The notes beneath the pieces are model-generated. The model worked only from the letters and a program-made list of their open reading frames with translations. It was not told the DNA's origin and ran no database searches. Source: an uncultured Candidatus Micrarchaeota archaeon (GTDB lineage: Archaea > Micrarchaeota > Micrarchaeia > Anstonellales > Bilamarchaeaceae). From it: a DNA stretch of 64,000 nt. Below are positions 1 to 9,655 of this stretch, one piece after another. The first letter of the stretch is position 1. Each line of letters begins with the position of its first letter. The DNA lies in contig OY970229.1 of the NCBI GenBank assembly GCA_963714085.1, forward strand, positions 1,024,001-1,088,000. Reading direction: 5' to 3'. The position numbers were made by a program, and so were the translations under genes.

Positions 1-3000
1 TCTACTGGCTCTCTGGCATGGACCAGAAAGAGAGGGCTGCGCTCGGAGCTAGCGTGGTGTCCATAACCGCGGCCAGGGGAGGCACGATCCCGAACCAGGA
101 GGTCAAGAAGAGGTTCGATGAATGGGAGTCAGCACACGTCGGCGTGCAGCAGAAGATATACGCGCTCGAAGGGAGGCTGAAGGCTTATCCGAAAGCAATC
201 CGCGATACCACCCTTGTCCAGATGTCGGACGCGTTCGAGCAGAAACCCGGGGACTACACGCTGGAGCAGATGGAGATACGCATGGTCTACCTGCAGAAGA
301 AGCGCGAGGTGCTCCAGCTCAAGCGCGCGGAGGGCAAATCCGAGCTCTCTTCGGTGGACAAGGAGCTCTCGGCCATGCAGGCGTGGCTGCATACCCTGGA
401 TGTGGACAAGAAGACGCCGGACGAGGGGCTGTCCGCCCTGAGGGGCGGCTTCACCGCGCTCCAGCACGCCTACTACACCATCGACAATAACAATCTGAGG
501 CTCGCAGACATTCTCGACTCAACGAAATCAAACGATAAGCTATTCCTCATCCTCACCAAATTCGTTTTCGAAATGGACCAGCACTCGCTCCACATACTAA
601 ACGAGACGCGCCCAGGAGACAAAAATTTCACGAGCGTCATGAGGAGAGTCGCAGGTTCGCCAGACTTCGCGAAGGACGCGAACACGGGCAAGCAGATGTG
701 GCAGGCTGATTATTATGGTCTGCTCTCGCCGGCTTCCGGCACCGCTCTCCCGACTCCGAACCAGACCGCCATATACCAGCGGGCAGCCACGCTCAGCACC
801 GCGGCAGCGTTCGCCTTCAATGATTACGTCAAGACGCTCAAGGATAACGGGCTCGACACCGGCACCATGCGCTCCCAGACAGCAACCGGGCGTTATCTGG
901 ATGCCAGTTCTGGGAAGCCAGTCTCGATACCAGCTGGGGACAAGGTGAACAGCAACGGCAAGATCGTCGACAGTTCCGGAAACGTCGTCTCCGACTATTC
1001 CAATCTGACACTCCGTGCGGAGAGCCAGGCAGCCACGTTCGACCCGACTGGCACGAGGACCCTGGTCGCGAACGCGGTGGCCGCGCTCAATGCCGTGCAT
1101 CCTGCGCTGGTTGTCACATACTTCAATGCGATACGGCACGTGGCCGAGATATGCGAGCAGGATCCCACCTCGTTCCACAACGCGCTGAGCGAGATGACGC
1201 TCAGCATCGAGGCCGAGACCAGCGTCCTCACATCCCGCAGCTCGCCAGCCAATACGCTGCCAACCAACATCCGGAAGACCATGGAAAGGCTTGGCCGGGC
1301 CCTGGAGGAGGTCGCGAAGATAAGCAAGGGGACAATCGCGCAGTTCGACAGGTTCAACCTCCTTGACAGGTATCTGCTCATAGACCAGACCCCGCCGCAC
1401 CTGATACACCAGAGGACGCCCAGCTGGGCGCCAAGGCTCTTATCCTCCCAGTCGCAGCTGGGCGGCCTGTTCACGCCGTCCCCGTTCGGCAATTTCATAA
1501 TGTCTCCGGTTCCAGGAGGCCTGTTCACATCGGGCGGGGTCTACACGTCCCAGCCCAACTACGGCGGCGGCCTGACGCTGCCTACCATGAGGCCGCTCCA
1601 GGTGCACACCTCCGTGGCCGCGGTGCAGGCGGCCATGTTCAGCTACCTCTATCCGCAGCATCCGGTGCTGTCCATATCCTCCATGCTTCCGGGCGTGACC
1701 ATCCCCAAGATGAGCCCCACGAAGCTCCTCATCGAGATCCGGCGCTCGTTCGTCCAGACCGACAGGCCGCAGTACGCCAGCCTCAGGGACGTGGTCAGCG
1801 GAGGCATGGCACTCGGGCTGACAGGCACAAAGTCCTCGGACGACTGGGTCATCGGAGGCGGCGGCCTCGGCACCCTGCTCACGCCCACAGGCGGAGCTGC
1901 CATCGGCGGCATGAAAGACCTCAACGGTACTTATGGAGGGATGTCATGGCTTGCGGTCCCGATCGGCACGGTCAAGGGGAAGGAAGTCACCCTGGACACC
2001 TCGGTGACAGGTGTGGAGAAGGACATGGACAACTCATGGAAGATACTCCAGCGCGCGATAACCACGCAATGGGACCCGAAGAACCCGAGCCAGACGCTGG
2101 TGGTCGTCAACAGCGACGCCACTGCGGATGGCAAATGGTACACCACCGCGAGGACCGTCCTGGTGGAGAAGGACGGCACGATATATGACCTCAAAGGAGG
2201 GCAGGACGACCTGGTGCCGATGCTCAACTTCATGGCAGGATTCGTGAACAAGGCGTTCGCCACGCCCTCTACCGTTGCATTCGACTACGAGCCGACGGTG
2301 CAACGGGGCGGAGGCGCGCTCGTGTTCGACTTGGGCAGGACGCCCCTGCTTTTCGAGGCCCAGTCCATACCGTTCCTGGAGCCGACCGGCACGCCCCAGC
2401 CTCTTCTCGTGCAGTGGACGCTCGGGGGAGCGCACACAGCGGAAACGACGGGCGGGAAGACCGACATACAGGCCGTCGCATTCCCTGGCCAGATGCTCCA
2501 GCTCAAGCCCGGCAGCGACGCCGGCAATCCCGGGAGTTACAAGATGCAGGGCGTCGACTACATGTTCAGGCGCGTGAGGAAGGATAGGGCATGGGAGCTG
2601 TCCATGGGCGGAGATTACGCCTCCACGCCCGTGGGCTCGGAGGGCGGGGCAGGATTCTTCATAAAGACCCAGCAACCTGGTTCCAGGCTCGGCGGCGGCA
2701 TCTCCTACGAGGCCAGCGCGACGAACCTGGAGGCGCTCGCCATGCTGCAGCAATCCCAGGAGGCCGTGGACTACGTGAACAGCATACACAGGATCGCGAC
2801 CACGATCTACGGGAGCAAGCAGTTGTCCACCAACTGGGAGGCGGGCAGCCTCCTCTACGTGGTCAACCAGCTCCAATCGCAGCCAGGCAAGGGCCTTTCC
2901 TACGACACCACGTTCTACAGGGCGGTCGGCCTGCTCAGGGGCCTGAAATTCGCCGGCAGGTTCGATTTCAGCAGGATGAGCGGCATGGACGACATGCTGG

Positions 3001-4271
3001 CCGCATACGATAGCATGGCATCCAAGGTCGGCAACGATCCCACCCAGGCCGCGAGCCAGATAACCGCTTTCCAGCAAAAATACTCGCCGCAGTACCTCCA
3101 GCAGGTGCTGGACAAGTACTACCTTGGCGTACAGGTGAACAAGGATTTCTCCATAGAAGGGCTCGTGGTGGCGCAGGAGGACGAAAACAAATTCTCGAAG
3201 CAGGTGCCTGACACCGTGTACGCAAGGAGCCTCTGGACCTGGAAGGCCGGAGAGCGGACCGGATTCTTCAGGGCCTTCGCCTCAATGCCGGTGATGGTCT
3301 CCGGGGGAGTCAACCTGCAGAACTCCACCACGCAGGTCGGGCTTGTCGGAGCCGGCACGGGCTTCGACGTATTCGACTCGGTGTTCCTCCAGCGCATAGC
3401 CGCGGACGCGGGCATGATAGTGTCGAGGATAGAGAACGACACGACCTCCACCCAGATAGAGAAGTGGGGCATCGACGCCTCGAAGAACGAGGGCGGCTTC
3501 TTCGTGCAGGGAGCGGCTGTCGCATATTCAGGTTTGGCCGAGGACTCGAGGTCCTACCGGAGGCTGGTCGAGAACCTGGACAAATTCAAGGCCATGATCA
3601 GCGCCGGCGTATTCTCGCAGATCCCGACGCCCGTGCGCGAAGCCATGTGCCAGGACTTGGATCCGGCAACGTTCAAGCCCACGGAGATCCAGGACATCCG
3701 CGAGGGCAGGGACTTCAAGCCGTCCACGAGCCAGGCGGGCGACCTCGAGGACGGGCTTTGGAGGAACTGGTTCTCCGAAAGGAAGACGGACCTGCAGGAG
3801 AAGTTCAACGGCAACATGCGTGTGCTTCTCGGAGCCAGCCGCTACAAGTATTTCGGCGGCCCGGCCTACTGGGACATCGGCACCTTTGTGGAATACGTGG
3901 ACAGCTTCAAGCTGTACGCCATAGCAGCCAAGCGCGAGGAGCTGGGCCTGTTCACCGGCATGGAATACAAGAAGGACAGCCTGAGAATGGCGCTCGGAGG
4001 AGGCGTGACGCGCACGAGCATAGGCGGCTCGGCATCCGTGGGATACACGTTCATAAAAGCCGGCATACCGATGGAGGTCGGGGTGTCCGGCTACGGGACC
4101 GCGGCGGACCTGCCGCAATACGCTGCGCCGATGTATACGACTGTCCCGCGCACATTCACGCCGCAGTTCGGGGTAATGTTCTGGTACACGATCGGCGCCC
4201 AGGGGCCGCCGACCTTCATGCAGGCCACACCGAGCACGACATTCGGAGGTCCGGCAGGGCAATATCATTAA
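1..4271 (+). CDS. Very large hypothetical protein (5' end probably outside window): N-terminal coiled coil/helical region, Pro/Gly/Ser linker, beta-strand-rich C-terminal half
   Basis: 1417-aa ORF from ATG 18; frame stays open to the window edge (TAC TGG CTC TCT GGC ATG); GC3-rich host-like codons; no recognised family. Confidence 0.85.
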   Translation, partial: YWLSGMDQKERAALGASVVSITAARGGTIPNQEVKKRFDEWESAHVGVQQKIYALEGRLKAYPKAIRDTTLVQMSDAFEQKPGDYTLEQMEIRMVYLQKKREVLQLKRAEGKSELSSVDKELSAMQAWLHTLDVDKKTPDEGLSALRGGFTALQHAYYTIDNNNLRLADILDSTKSNDKLFLILTKFVFEMDQHSLHILNETRPGDKNFTSVMRRVAGSPDFAKDANTGKQMWQADYYGLLSPASGTALPTPNQTAIYQRAATLSTAAAFAFNDYVKTLKDNGLDTGTMRSQTATGRYLDASSGKPVSIPAGDKVNSNGKIVDSSGNVVSDYSNLTLRAESQAATFDPTGTRTLVANAVAALNAVHPALVVTYFNAIRHVAEICEQDPTSFHNALSEMTLSIEAETSVLTSRSSPANTLPTNIRKTMERLGRALEEVAKISKGTIAQFDRFNLLDRYLLIDQTPPHLIHQRTPSWAPRLLSSQSQLGGLFTPSPFGNFIMSPVPGGLFTSGGVYTSQPNYGGGLTLPTMRPLQVHTSVAAVQAAMFSYLYPQHPVLSISSMLPGVTIPKMSPTKLLIEIRRSFVQTDRPQYASLRDVVSGGMALGLTGTKSSDDWVIGGGGLGTLLTPTGGAAIGGMKDLNGTYGGMSWLAVPIGTVKGKEVTLDTSVTGVEKDMDNSWKILQRAITTQWDPKNPSQTLVVVNSDATADGKWYTTARTVLVEKDGTIYDLKGGQDDLVPMLNFMAGFVNKAFATPSTVAFDYEPTVQRGGGALVFDLGRTPLLFEAQSIPFLEPTGTPQPLLVQWTLGGAHTAETTGGKTDIQAVAFPGQMLQLKPGSDAGNPGSYKMQGVDYMFRRVRKDRAWELSMGGDYASTPVGSEGGAGFFIKTQQPGSRLGGGISYEASATNLEALAMLQQSQEAVDYVNSIHRIATTIYGSKQLSTNWEAGSLLYVVNQLQSQPGKGLSYDTTFYRAVGLLRGLKFAGRFDFSRMSGMDDMLAAYDSMASKVGNDPTQAASQITAFQQKYSPQYLQQVLDKYYLGVQVNKDFSIEGLVVAQEDENKFSKQVPDTVYARSLWTWKAGERTGFFRAFASMPVMVSGGVNLQNSTTQVGLVGAGTGFDVFDSVFLQRIAADAGMIVSRIENDTTSTQIEKWGIDASKNEGGFFVQGAAVAYSGLAEDSRSYRRLVENLDKFKAMISAGVFSQIPTPVREAMCQDLDPATFKPTEIQDIREGRDFKPSTSQAGDLEDGLWRNWFSERKTDLQEKFNGNMRVLLGASRYKYFGGPAYWDIGTFVEYVDSFKLYAIAAKREELGLFTGMEYKKDSLRMALGGGVTRTSIGGSASVGYTFIKAGIPMEVGVSGYGTAADLPQYAAPMYTTVPRTFTPQFGVMFWYTIGAQGPPTFMQATPSTTFGGPAGQYH

Positions 4272-4306
4272 AAAGATAGCACGAGTGGTTTCAACGGGGT
4301 TATCAC

Positions 4307-4690
4307 ATGAAACTTGAGAACATGGAACTGGTTTTCTGCGATGCGAGGAAGAACACTGCCACTGCGTCGAAGACCATAAACACGAACATCGCGCTCACCT
4401 CGGTCTCGGAGCAGAAGGGCCAACTCAAGGTGGAGTTCGAGCACACGGTCACCTACGATCCGGACGGCAGCCACATACGCACCGGGGGCAGGGCGGTCTA
4501 CTCCGGTAGCGAGGGCAAGGCCGCTGCCGACGAGTGGACGAAGAACGGCAGGATCACCGGGGCTTCCGGGGAGTTCATCATGAACTCCATAAACTACGCC
4601 GCATCGGTGAACGGGGTGCTCATAGCGCGGGCGTTCAACCTGCTGCCCCCCGTGGCGCTTGCGACGCTTGCGTTCACGCCCAAGAAGTGA
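4307..4690 (+). CDS. Conserved-looking archaeal hypothetical protein (possibly SecB-like fold)
   Basis: 127-aa ORF with host-like codon usage; beta-beta-beta-helix pattern ending ARAFNLLPP. Confidence 0.6.
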   Translation: MKLENMELVFCDARKNTATASKTINTNIALTSVSEQKGQLKVEFEHTVTYDPDGSHIRTGGRAVYSGSEGKAAADEWTKNGRITGASGEFIMNSINYAASVNGVLIARAFNLLPPVALATLAFTPKK

Positions 4691-4857
4691 TGCCGGCTAC
4701 AGGTCCTACGCGGGGATGCTGAAGCACGGTCCCATCTCCCAAGACAGGATCGCGATTTCTTGTTTCCGCGGACAAATCGTAGCCGGACGATGCACAAAAA
4801 AGCTTCCGTAGAGCTATCCAAATCACCGGGATACATGACTACAAGATTGAACCATTC

Positions 4858-5406
4858 TCAATCCTTCTGATTCGTGTTTATGATGGTCTTCCCCCGCTCG
4901 TTAGGGGTTATCCTCACTTTGCCGCCGAAATCCTGCGGCATGAGCTCCTTCCCATCGGTTATCCTGTCCAGCGTTATGGCGAGCGCGGCGACCTCGGAAT
5001 GGGGCTGCCCTGTCACGGATATGTTGAAATCCGCCAGCTGGTACACCTCGCCAGGCACGGCCTCGCTTCCCACCACGACGAGCACCCGCTCCGCCTTCCT
5101 GATGGCGTCCAGCTTCTGCGTCAGAGGCATGCCGTACATGGTCAGATGGCAGACGCTGAACCCGTTTGCCTTGTGCTCCTTTATCACTTTCCTGAAATTC
5201 TTGTCATAGGACACGCTGAAATCCCCGCCCCAGTTCGCGACGAGCCTCGCCACGCTGGACTCCAGGCCCGAGTCGTGCTGCCCGGAGTAGACCATGCGCC
5301 TGGCTCCGAAGGCCCGCGCCACCAGCGCCACGTGCGTGCTCATGCGCTCGTCGCGCGGAAGCCGGTGCCCTAGCCTCAGTATCACTATCTCTCTTGCCTC
5401 GTCCAT
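4858..5406 (-). CDS. tRNA (cytidine(56)-2'-O)-methyltransferase aTrm56 (SPOUT)
   Basis: LRLGHR..RDERMSTHVALVARAFGA, HLTMYG, VVVGSEAVP, QPHSEVAALA motifs. Confidence 0.95.
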   Translation of the reverse strand: MDEAREIVILRLGHRLPRDERMSTHVALVARAFGARRMVYSGQHDSGLESSVARLVANWGGDFSVSYDKNFRKVIKEHKANGFSVCHLTMYGMPLTQKLDAIRKAERVLVVVGSEAVPGEVYQLADFNISVTGQPHSEVAALAITLDRITDGKELMPQDFGGKVRITPNERGKTIINTNQKD

Positions 5407-5459
5407 CGCCATCGTCATGAGTTATAAATAACATAGAATAAATACCCTTAGGAGTTTCC

Positions 5460-6380
5460 ATGAAAGTGCTAGTAACAGGAGGGGCAGGATTCATAGGCTC
5501 GCACATCGTAGAGGAGCTTCTCGCGGGGAAGCACGAGGTGCGCGTGCTGGACGACCTCAGCACCGGCAGCATGGCGAATCTCCCGAAGCACGGGGTGAAA
5601 TTCATTAAAGGGAGCATCACGGACAGGGCCGCGCTGGAGAAATCCGTGAAGGGCATCGAAGCGGTGTTCCACGAGGCGGCCCAGGTGTCCGTCGCACGCT
5701 CCATGGAACATCCGAAGGAGACCTGGGAGACGAACATAAGGGGCACGAAGCTGCTGCTTAATGCTGCGGTGGAAGCTGGCGTGAAGCGCGTGGTGTTCGC
5801 ATCCTCTGCCGCGGTCTACGGCAATGCGATACCGCCGCTGAAAGAGAGCCAGGAGCTAAAGCCCATCTCGCCGTACGGGGATTCCAAGCGCATGGGCGAG
5901 CTGCTCATGGAGGAGTACGCATCCAAAGAGCGCATCAGCACGGTCTCGCTACGCTACGCCAACGTCTACGGCCCTCGGCAGGACCCCAAGTCCAGCTATT
6001 CCGGGGTGATATCCAAATTCATAGACCGCATGGGGAGGGGCGATCGGCCGGTGGTATTCGGCAACGGGATGCAGACCAGGGATTTCATATTCGTCAGGGA
6101 TGTCGCGCGCGCGAACATGCTCGCCATGGAGGCACGGAAGGTCAAGGGCGTCTACAACATCTCGACCGGGGCTGGCATAACTATAAACGAGCTCGTCAAG
6201 ACCCTCAACTCCGTGCTCTCCACGGAGCTGGAGCCGGTGTTCGAGGCTGAGAAGCAGGGGGACATAAAGTACTCCTGGGCAGACGCCTCGCTCGCGAAAG
6301 AGAAGCTGGGATTCGAGGCCAATACCCAGCTTTCGGACGGGCTGAAACAGACCGTGGCCTGGTATAAACAGGGAAAGTGA
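5460..6380 (+). CDS. NAD-dependent epimerase/dehydratase (UDP-glucose 4-epimerase family)
   Basis: VTGGAGFIGSH, SSAAVYG, YGDSK (YxxxK), NVYGPRQ. Confidence 0.9.
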   Translation: MKVLVTGGAGFIGSHIVEELLAGKHEVRVLDDLSTGSMANLPKHGVKFIKGSITDRAALEKSVKGIEAVFHEAAQVSVARSMEHPKETWETNIRGTKLLLNAAVEAGVKRVVFASSAAVYGNAIPPLKESQELKPISPYGDSKRMGELLMEEYASKERISTVSLRYANVYGPRQDPKSSYSGVISKFIDRMGRGDRPVVFGNGMQTRDFIFVRDVARANMLAMEARKVKGVYNISTGAGITINELVKTLNSVLSTELEPVFEAEKQGDIKYSWADASLAKEKLGFEANTQLSDGLKQTVAWYKQGK

Positions 6381-6385
6381 CGCTT

Positions 6386-7717
6386 ATGGCGAAGTATTTC
6401 GGGACGAACGGGGTGCGCGGCCTTTTCAGCGAGCTCGACCCCATGCTGGCCATGAGGCTGGCCAGGGCGATTGGCGTCTATTTCGGCCACGGCAGGGTCC
6501 TGGTGGCCAGGGACGCGAGGCTCACCGGGGAATGCCTCAAGCACGCGGTCGTGGCAGGCTTGCAGTCCGCGGGCTGCGAAGTCGTGGACCTGGACTACGC
6601 GACCGCGCCGACCGCGGAATTCATGGTGAAGAGGCTGAAGGCGGACGGCCTGATAATCATAACCGCGTCCCACAACCCCCCGGAGTGGAACGCGCTCAAG
6701 GTCGTGGACGCGAAGGACGTCACGGTGTCCAGGGAGCGCGGCGCATCCATAGAGAAGCTGATGGACAAGCCGGGTTCCGTGTCCTGGGACAGGGTCAGGC
6801 CCTGCACGGCTTGCAATACTTCCGCCGCGGAGCACAGCGACGCCATAGCCTCGCTCGTCAACGCCGCGAGGATCAGGACCCGCAGGCTCAAGCTCGTCCT
6901 GGACTGCGGGAACGGGACCGCGGCGCTCATCGCGCCCGGGCTGTTCGAGCGCCTGGGGTGCGATCTGGTGATCATCAACGGCGTGATGGACGGCCGTTTC
7001 CCCGGAAGGCCTTCGGAGCCGACCGAAGCCAATGTCCACGAGCTCATGAGCACGGTGAAGATCTCCGGAGCTGATGCCGGCATCGCATGGGACGGGGACG
7101 GCGACAGGGTGGTCTTCGTAGACGAGACCGGCAACTACGTCATCGGCGACAGGGTGTTCGCGCTGAGCGTGCTCTGGAAGCTCGCGAAGAACAAAGGCGA
7201 CATAGTCACAACGGTAGCCACGAGCAGGGCGGCCGAGGACGTGGCAGCGCGGTTCAAATGCAGGGCGCGCTACACGGCGATCGGAGCGCCCTATCTCTCC
7301 GAGGCGGTCGCCAGAGGCCCGGCTTCGATAGCCGGCGAGGAGGTCGGCGGCGTCATATGGCCCGAGCTCTCGCTCGCGAAAGACGGCTTCATGACCGCGG
7401 CAAGGCTCGCAGAGGCGCTCTGCGACAAGCCGCTGGGCGCGTGGCTCAGGGAGCTCCCGGTATACTACAACGTCAAGAAGAAGATCGTCGCGGACGCGGA
7501 GGCGAAGAAGGGGATTGTCGCACGCGCGCTCGCGCACGCCAAAAGCGGAAAGCTGAACTACACCACAGTGGACGGGGTGCGCGTCAACTTCCCGGACTCC
7601 TGGGTGATCGTGCGCGCATCCGGGACCGAGAACTACGCGCGCGTGTTCGCAGAGGCGAAAAGCGAGGCTGAAGCCGAGAAGCTGGCCGAGGAATGGAAGA
7701 AGATAGCGGAAGGCTGA
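6386..7717 (+). CDS. glmM: Phosphoglucosamine mutase / phosphomannomutase-phosphoglucomutase
   Basis: FGTNGVRG, TASHNP phosphoserine loop, DGDGDR, VRASGTE. Confidence 0.85.
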   Translation: MAKYFGTNGVRGLFSELDPMLAMRLARAIGVYFGHGRVLVARDARLTGECLKHAVVAGLQSAGCEVVDLDYATAPTAEFMVKRLKADGLIIITASHNPPEWNALKVVDAKDVTVSRERGASIEKLMDKPGSVSWDRVRPCTACNTSAAEHSDAIASLVNAARIRTRRLKLVLDCGNGTAALIAPGLFERLGCDLVIINGVMDGRFPGRPSEPTEANVHELMSTVKISGADAGIAWDGDGDRVVFVDETGNYVIGDRVFALSVLWKLAKNKGDIVTTVATSRAAEDVAARFKCRARYTAIGAPYLSEAVARGPASIAGEEVGGVIWPELSLAKDGFMTAARLAEALCDKPLGAWLRELPVYYNVKKKIVADAEAKKGIVARALAHAKSGKLNYTTVDGVRVNFPDSWVIVRASGTENYARVFAEAKSEAEAEKLAEEWKKIAEG

Positions 7718-7772
7718 GTCGTCCGAAAGACCGGCCTTTTCTCTTTAAAACGGTTCCATGCACAATCATCCC

Positions 7773-8669
7773 ATGGACATCGCAGGCAGGGCCATGCTCG
7801 CGCCCATGTCTACTTTCACCAACCTGCCCTTCCGGCTGCTCTGCCAGAGGCACGGCTGCCAGGGCGCGGTCGTACCTCTCATCAGTGCGAAAGCGCTCAT
7901 CATGCACAAGGGAGTGTCGAAAGAGCTCGACCCGTCCAGCTCCGAGCGGTTCGTCGGGGTCCAGGTCTTCGGCGCGTCGGTGGATGATATCGGGAAAGCG
8001 GCGCGCCTTATCGCGGAACGCTATGGTTTCATAAGATACATAGACATCAACTGCGCCTGCCCGGTGAAAAAGGTCGTCAGGAACGGGGCCGGCTCGGCCC
8101 TGCTGCACAAGCCGGGCGTGGTCGCTGACATGATAAGGGCTGCTGGCAAGGCCGGGGTCCCGGTGACTGTGAAGCTGCGCAAGCTCAGGGACGATTCCGC
8201 CACCCTGGGGTTCTGCAGGCGCTGCGAGGATGCCGGCGCCTCGGCGCTTTTCGTCCACGGGAGGCTTCCCAGCCAGGGCTATTCCGGGGAAGCGGACTGG
8301 GGGGCGATATCGCGCATCGCGCAAAGCGTTTCCGTGCCAGTGATCGGAAGCGGGGACATCCGGAGCATGGAGGAGGGGAAGCTGCTCGCAAAGGAGTCGG
8401 GCTGCGCAGGCTTCATGGTCGGAAGGGCGGCGATGACCGACCCTGGGATCTTCTCGTCCCCGAAGGAGGAGAGCCCGGAGCGCAAGCGCTCGCTCTTCCT
8501 TGAATACCTGTCGCTCTGCGAGGAGCTGGGCATGAAAAGGTTCCCGGACCTCAAATCCAAGGCTATCCAGATGTTCAGCGGATTCGGGAACAGCGCTGCC
8601 GTGCGCCGCGGCATCTGCGGCTGCGGCGACGAGGCCGGGTTGATGGGGATAGTGGAAGGCCTCTCATGA
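7773..8669 (+). CDS. tRNA-dihydrouridine synthase (Dus family)
   Basis: LAPM, DINCACP, GAGSALL, VHGR, GSGDI, MVGRAA; TTTAAA ~25 nt upstream. Confidence 0.9.
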   Translation: MDIAGRAMLAPMSTFTNLPFRLLCQRHGCQGAVVPLISAKALIMHKGVSKELDPSSSERFVGVQVFGASVDDIGKAARLIAERYGFIRYIDINCACPVKKVVRNGAGSALLHKPGVVADMIRAAGKAGVPVTVKLRKLRDDSATLGFCRRCEDAGASALFVHGRLPSQGYSGEADWGAISRIAQSVSVPVIGSGDIRSMEEGKLLAKESGCAGFMVGRAAMTDPGIFSSPKEESPERKRSLFLEYLSLCEELGMKRFPDLKSKAIQMFSGFGNSAAVRRGICGCGDEAGLMGIVEGLS

Positions 8670-9614
8670 GGCCTGCGGTTCCCAGGTGCATTGGCGCTTC
8701 ACGCAGCCGCAGGTCAGCTTATAGGGGGTCGGGTCGTAGCAGGACCTCCAATCGCAGGTCGTGAATATGTGCTTGTCGTTGACCGAGTCGCAGACCTCGG
8801 AGTTGCACCCGTCCCTCCTGCAGTCGGAATTGGTGGAGCAGCTGCCTGTGCTCCATCCGCAGAATGGGTTGGAATCCGTGTACACGCGCTTTCCTTCGTA
8901 GTAGACGTCCACGGAGTCGTTCGATCCGTTTATGTCCGCAAGCCAGCGTATGGCTCCAGCGCACTGGACGCAGGTCGCGGAGGTTTCGAGCGGCGCCGTG
9001 GTGATGTTCACCACGTAGACGCTGCCGTTATGGTCCAGCTCCGCGCTCGCAGCGTAGCAGGGGTTCGGGACGCTTATCGAGCCGCTCATCACGGTCCTGT
9101 ACGGGGTGATGTTCTTCGTCGGCTCGACCTCGTTTCCGCACCCGGGCTGGCCGAGCATCCTGAAGTAGAACTCGTCTTCGCTCTGGTTCGTGGTCTCGTT
9201 CGCCACCAGGGGCACCGCCACGCACTTGTTCTGCCTGCATACGCCCATGGACGGCTGGCCCGCGCAGGCGCACACCGGGCCGGTGCAGTTCGGGGTCTCC
9301 AGATTATACCTGTTCACGTATTCGCCCGGGCCGCAGTCGCAGCATTCATTCTGCCTCACGCAGTCCCCGTCCTTCTCGCAGTAATCCTTGACCTCGTAGC
9401 CGGCCGGTATCTGTATCGTGATGTTCGTGGCGTTGGACGCATTGGTAACGTTGCTTGCATTAGTCTCAGTGGTGGTGGCATTGATGGTGGCATTGGTGCC
9501 CGGCGGGGCGATCGCTTTGCTCTGGTTGGTGGAGTTCGCCACCGGCGCCTGGGGCTGAAGGCAGCCCGGAACCAAGAGAATCCCTATCGCGAGAAGCACC
9601 AATATCGCTCTCAT
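8664..9614 (-). CDS. Secreted Cys-rich lipoprotein with C-terminal eight-cysteine-cluster-like domain
   Basis: Signal peptide with PGCL lipobox, N-x-S/T-rich stalk, FCGWSTGSCSTNSDCRRDGCNSEVC...CGCVKRQCTW. Confidence 0.75.
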   Translation of the reverse strand: MRAILVLLAIGILLVPGCLQPQAPVANSTNQSKAIAPPGTNATINATTTETNASNVTNASNATNITIQIPAGYEVKDYCEKDGDCVRQNECCDCGPGEYVNRYNLETPNCTGPVCACAGQPSMGVCRQNKCVAVPLVANETTNQSEDEFYFRMLGQPGCGNEVEPTKNITPYRTVMSGSISVPNPCYAASAELDHNGSVYVVNITTAPLETSATCVQCAGAIRWLADINGSNDSVDVYYEGKRVYTDSNPFCGWSTGSCSTNSDCRRDGCNSEVCDSVNDKHIFTTCDWRSCYDPTPYKLTCGCVKRQCTWEPQAS

Positions 9615-9655
9615 GAGGATGGATTAGAAAGAGAAGGGTTAAGAAAATACGGATT

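Noticed and set aside
4691..4857. Hammerhead, TPP, C/D box or 5S rRNA identity for the structured gap
   Set aside because: Core motifs (CUGAUGA with GAAA, CUGAGA, RUGAUGA with terminal CUGA, 5S loops) are absent or incomplete.
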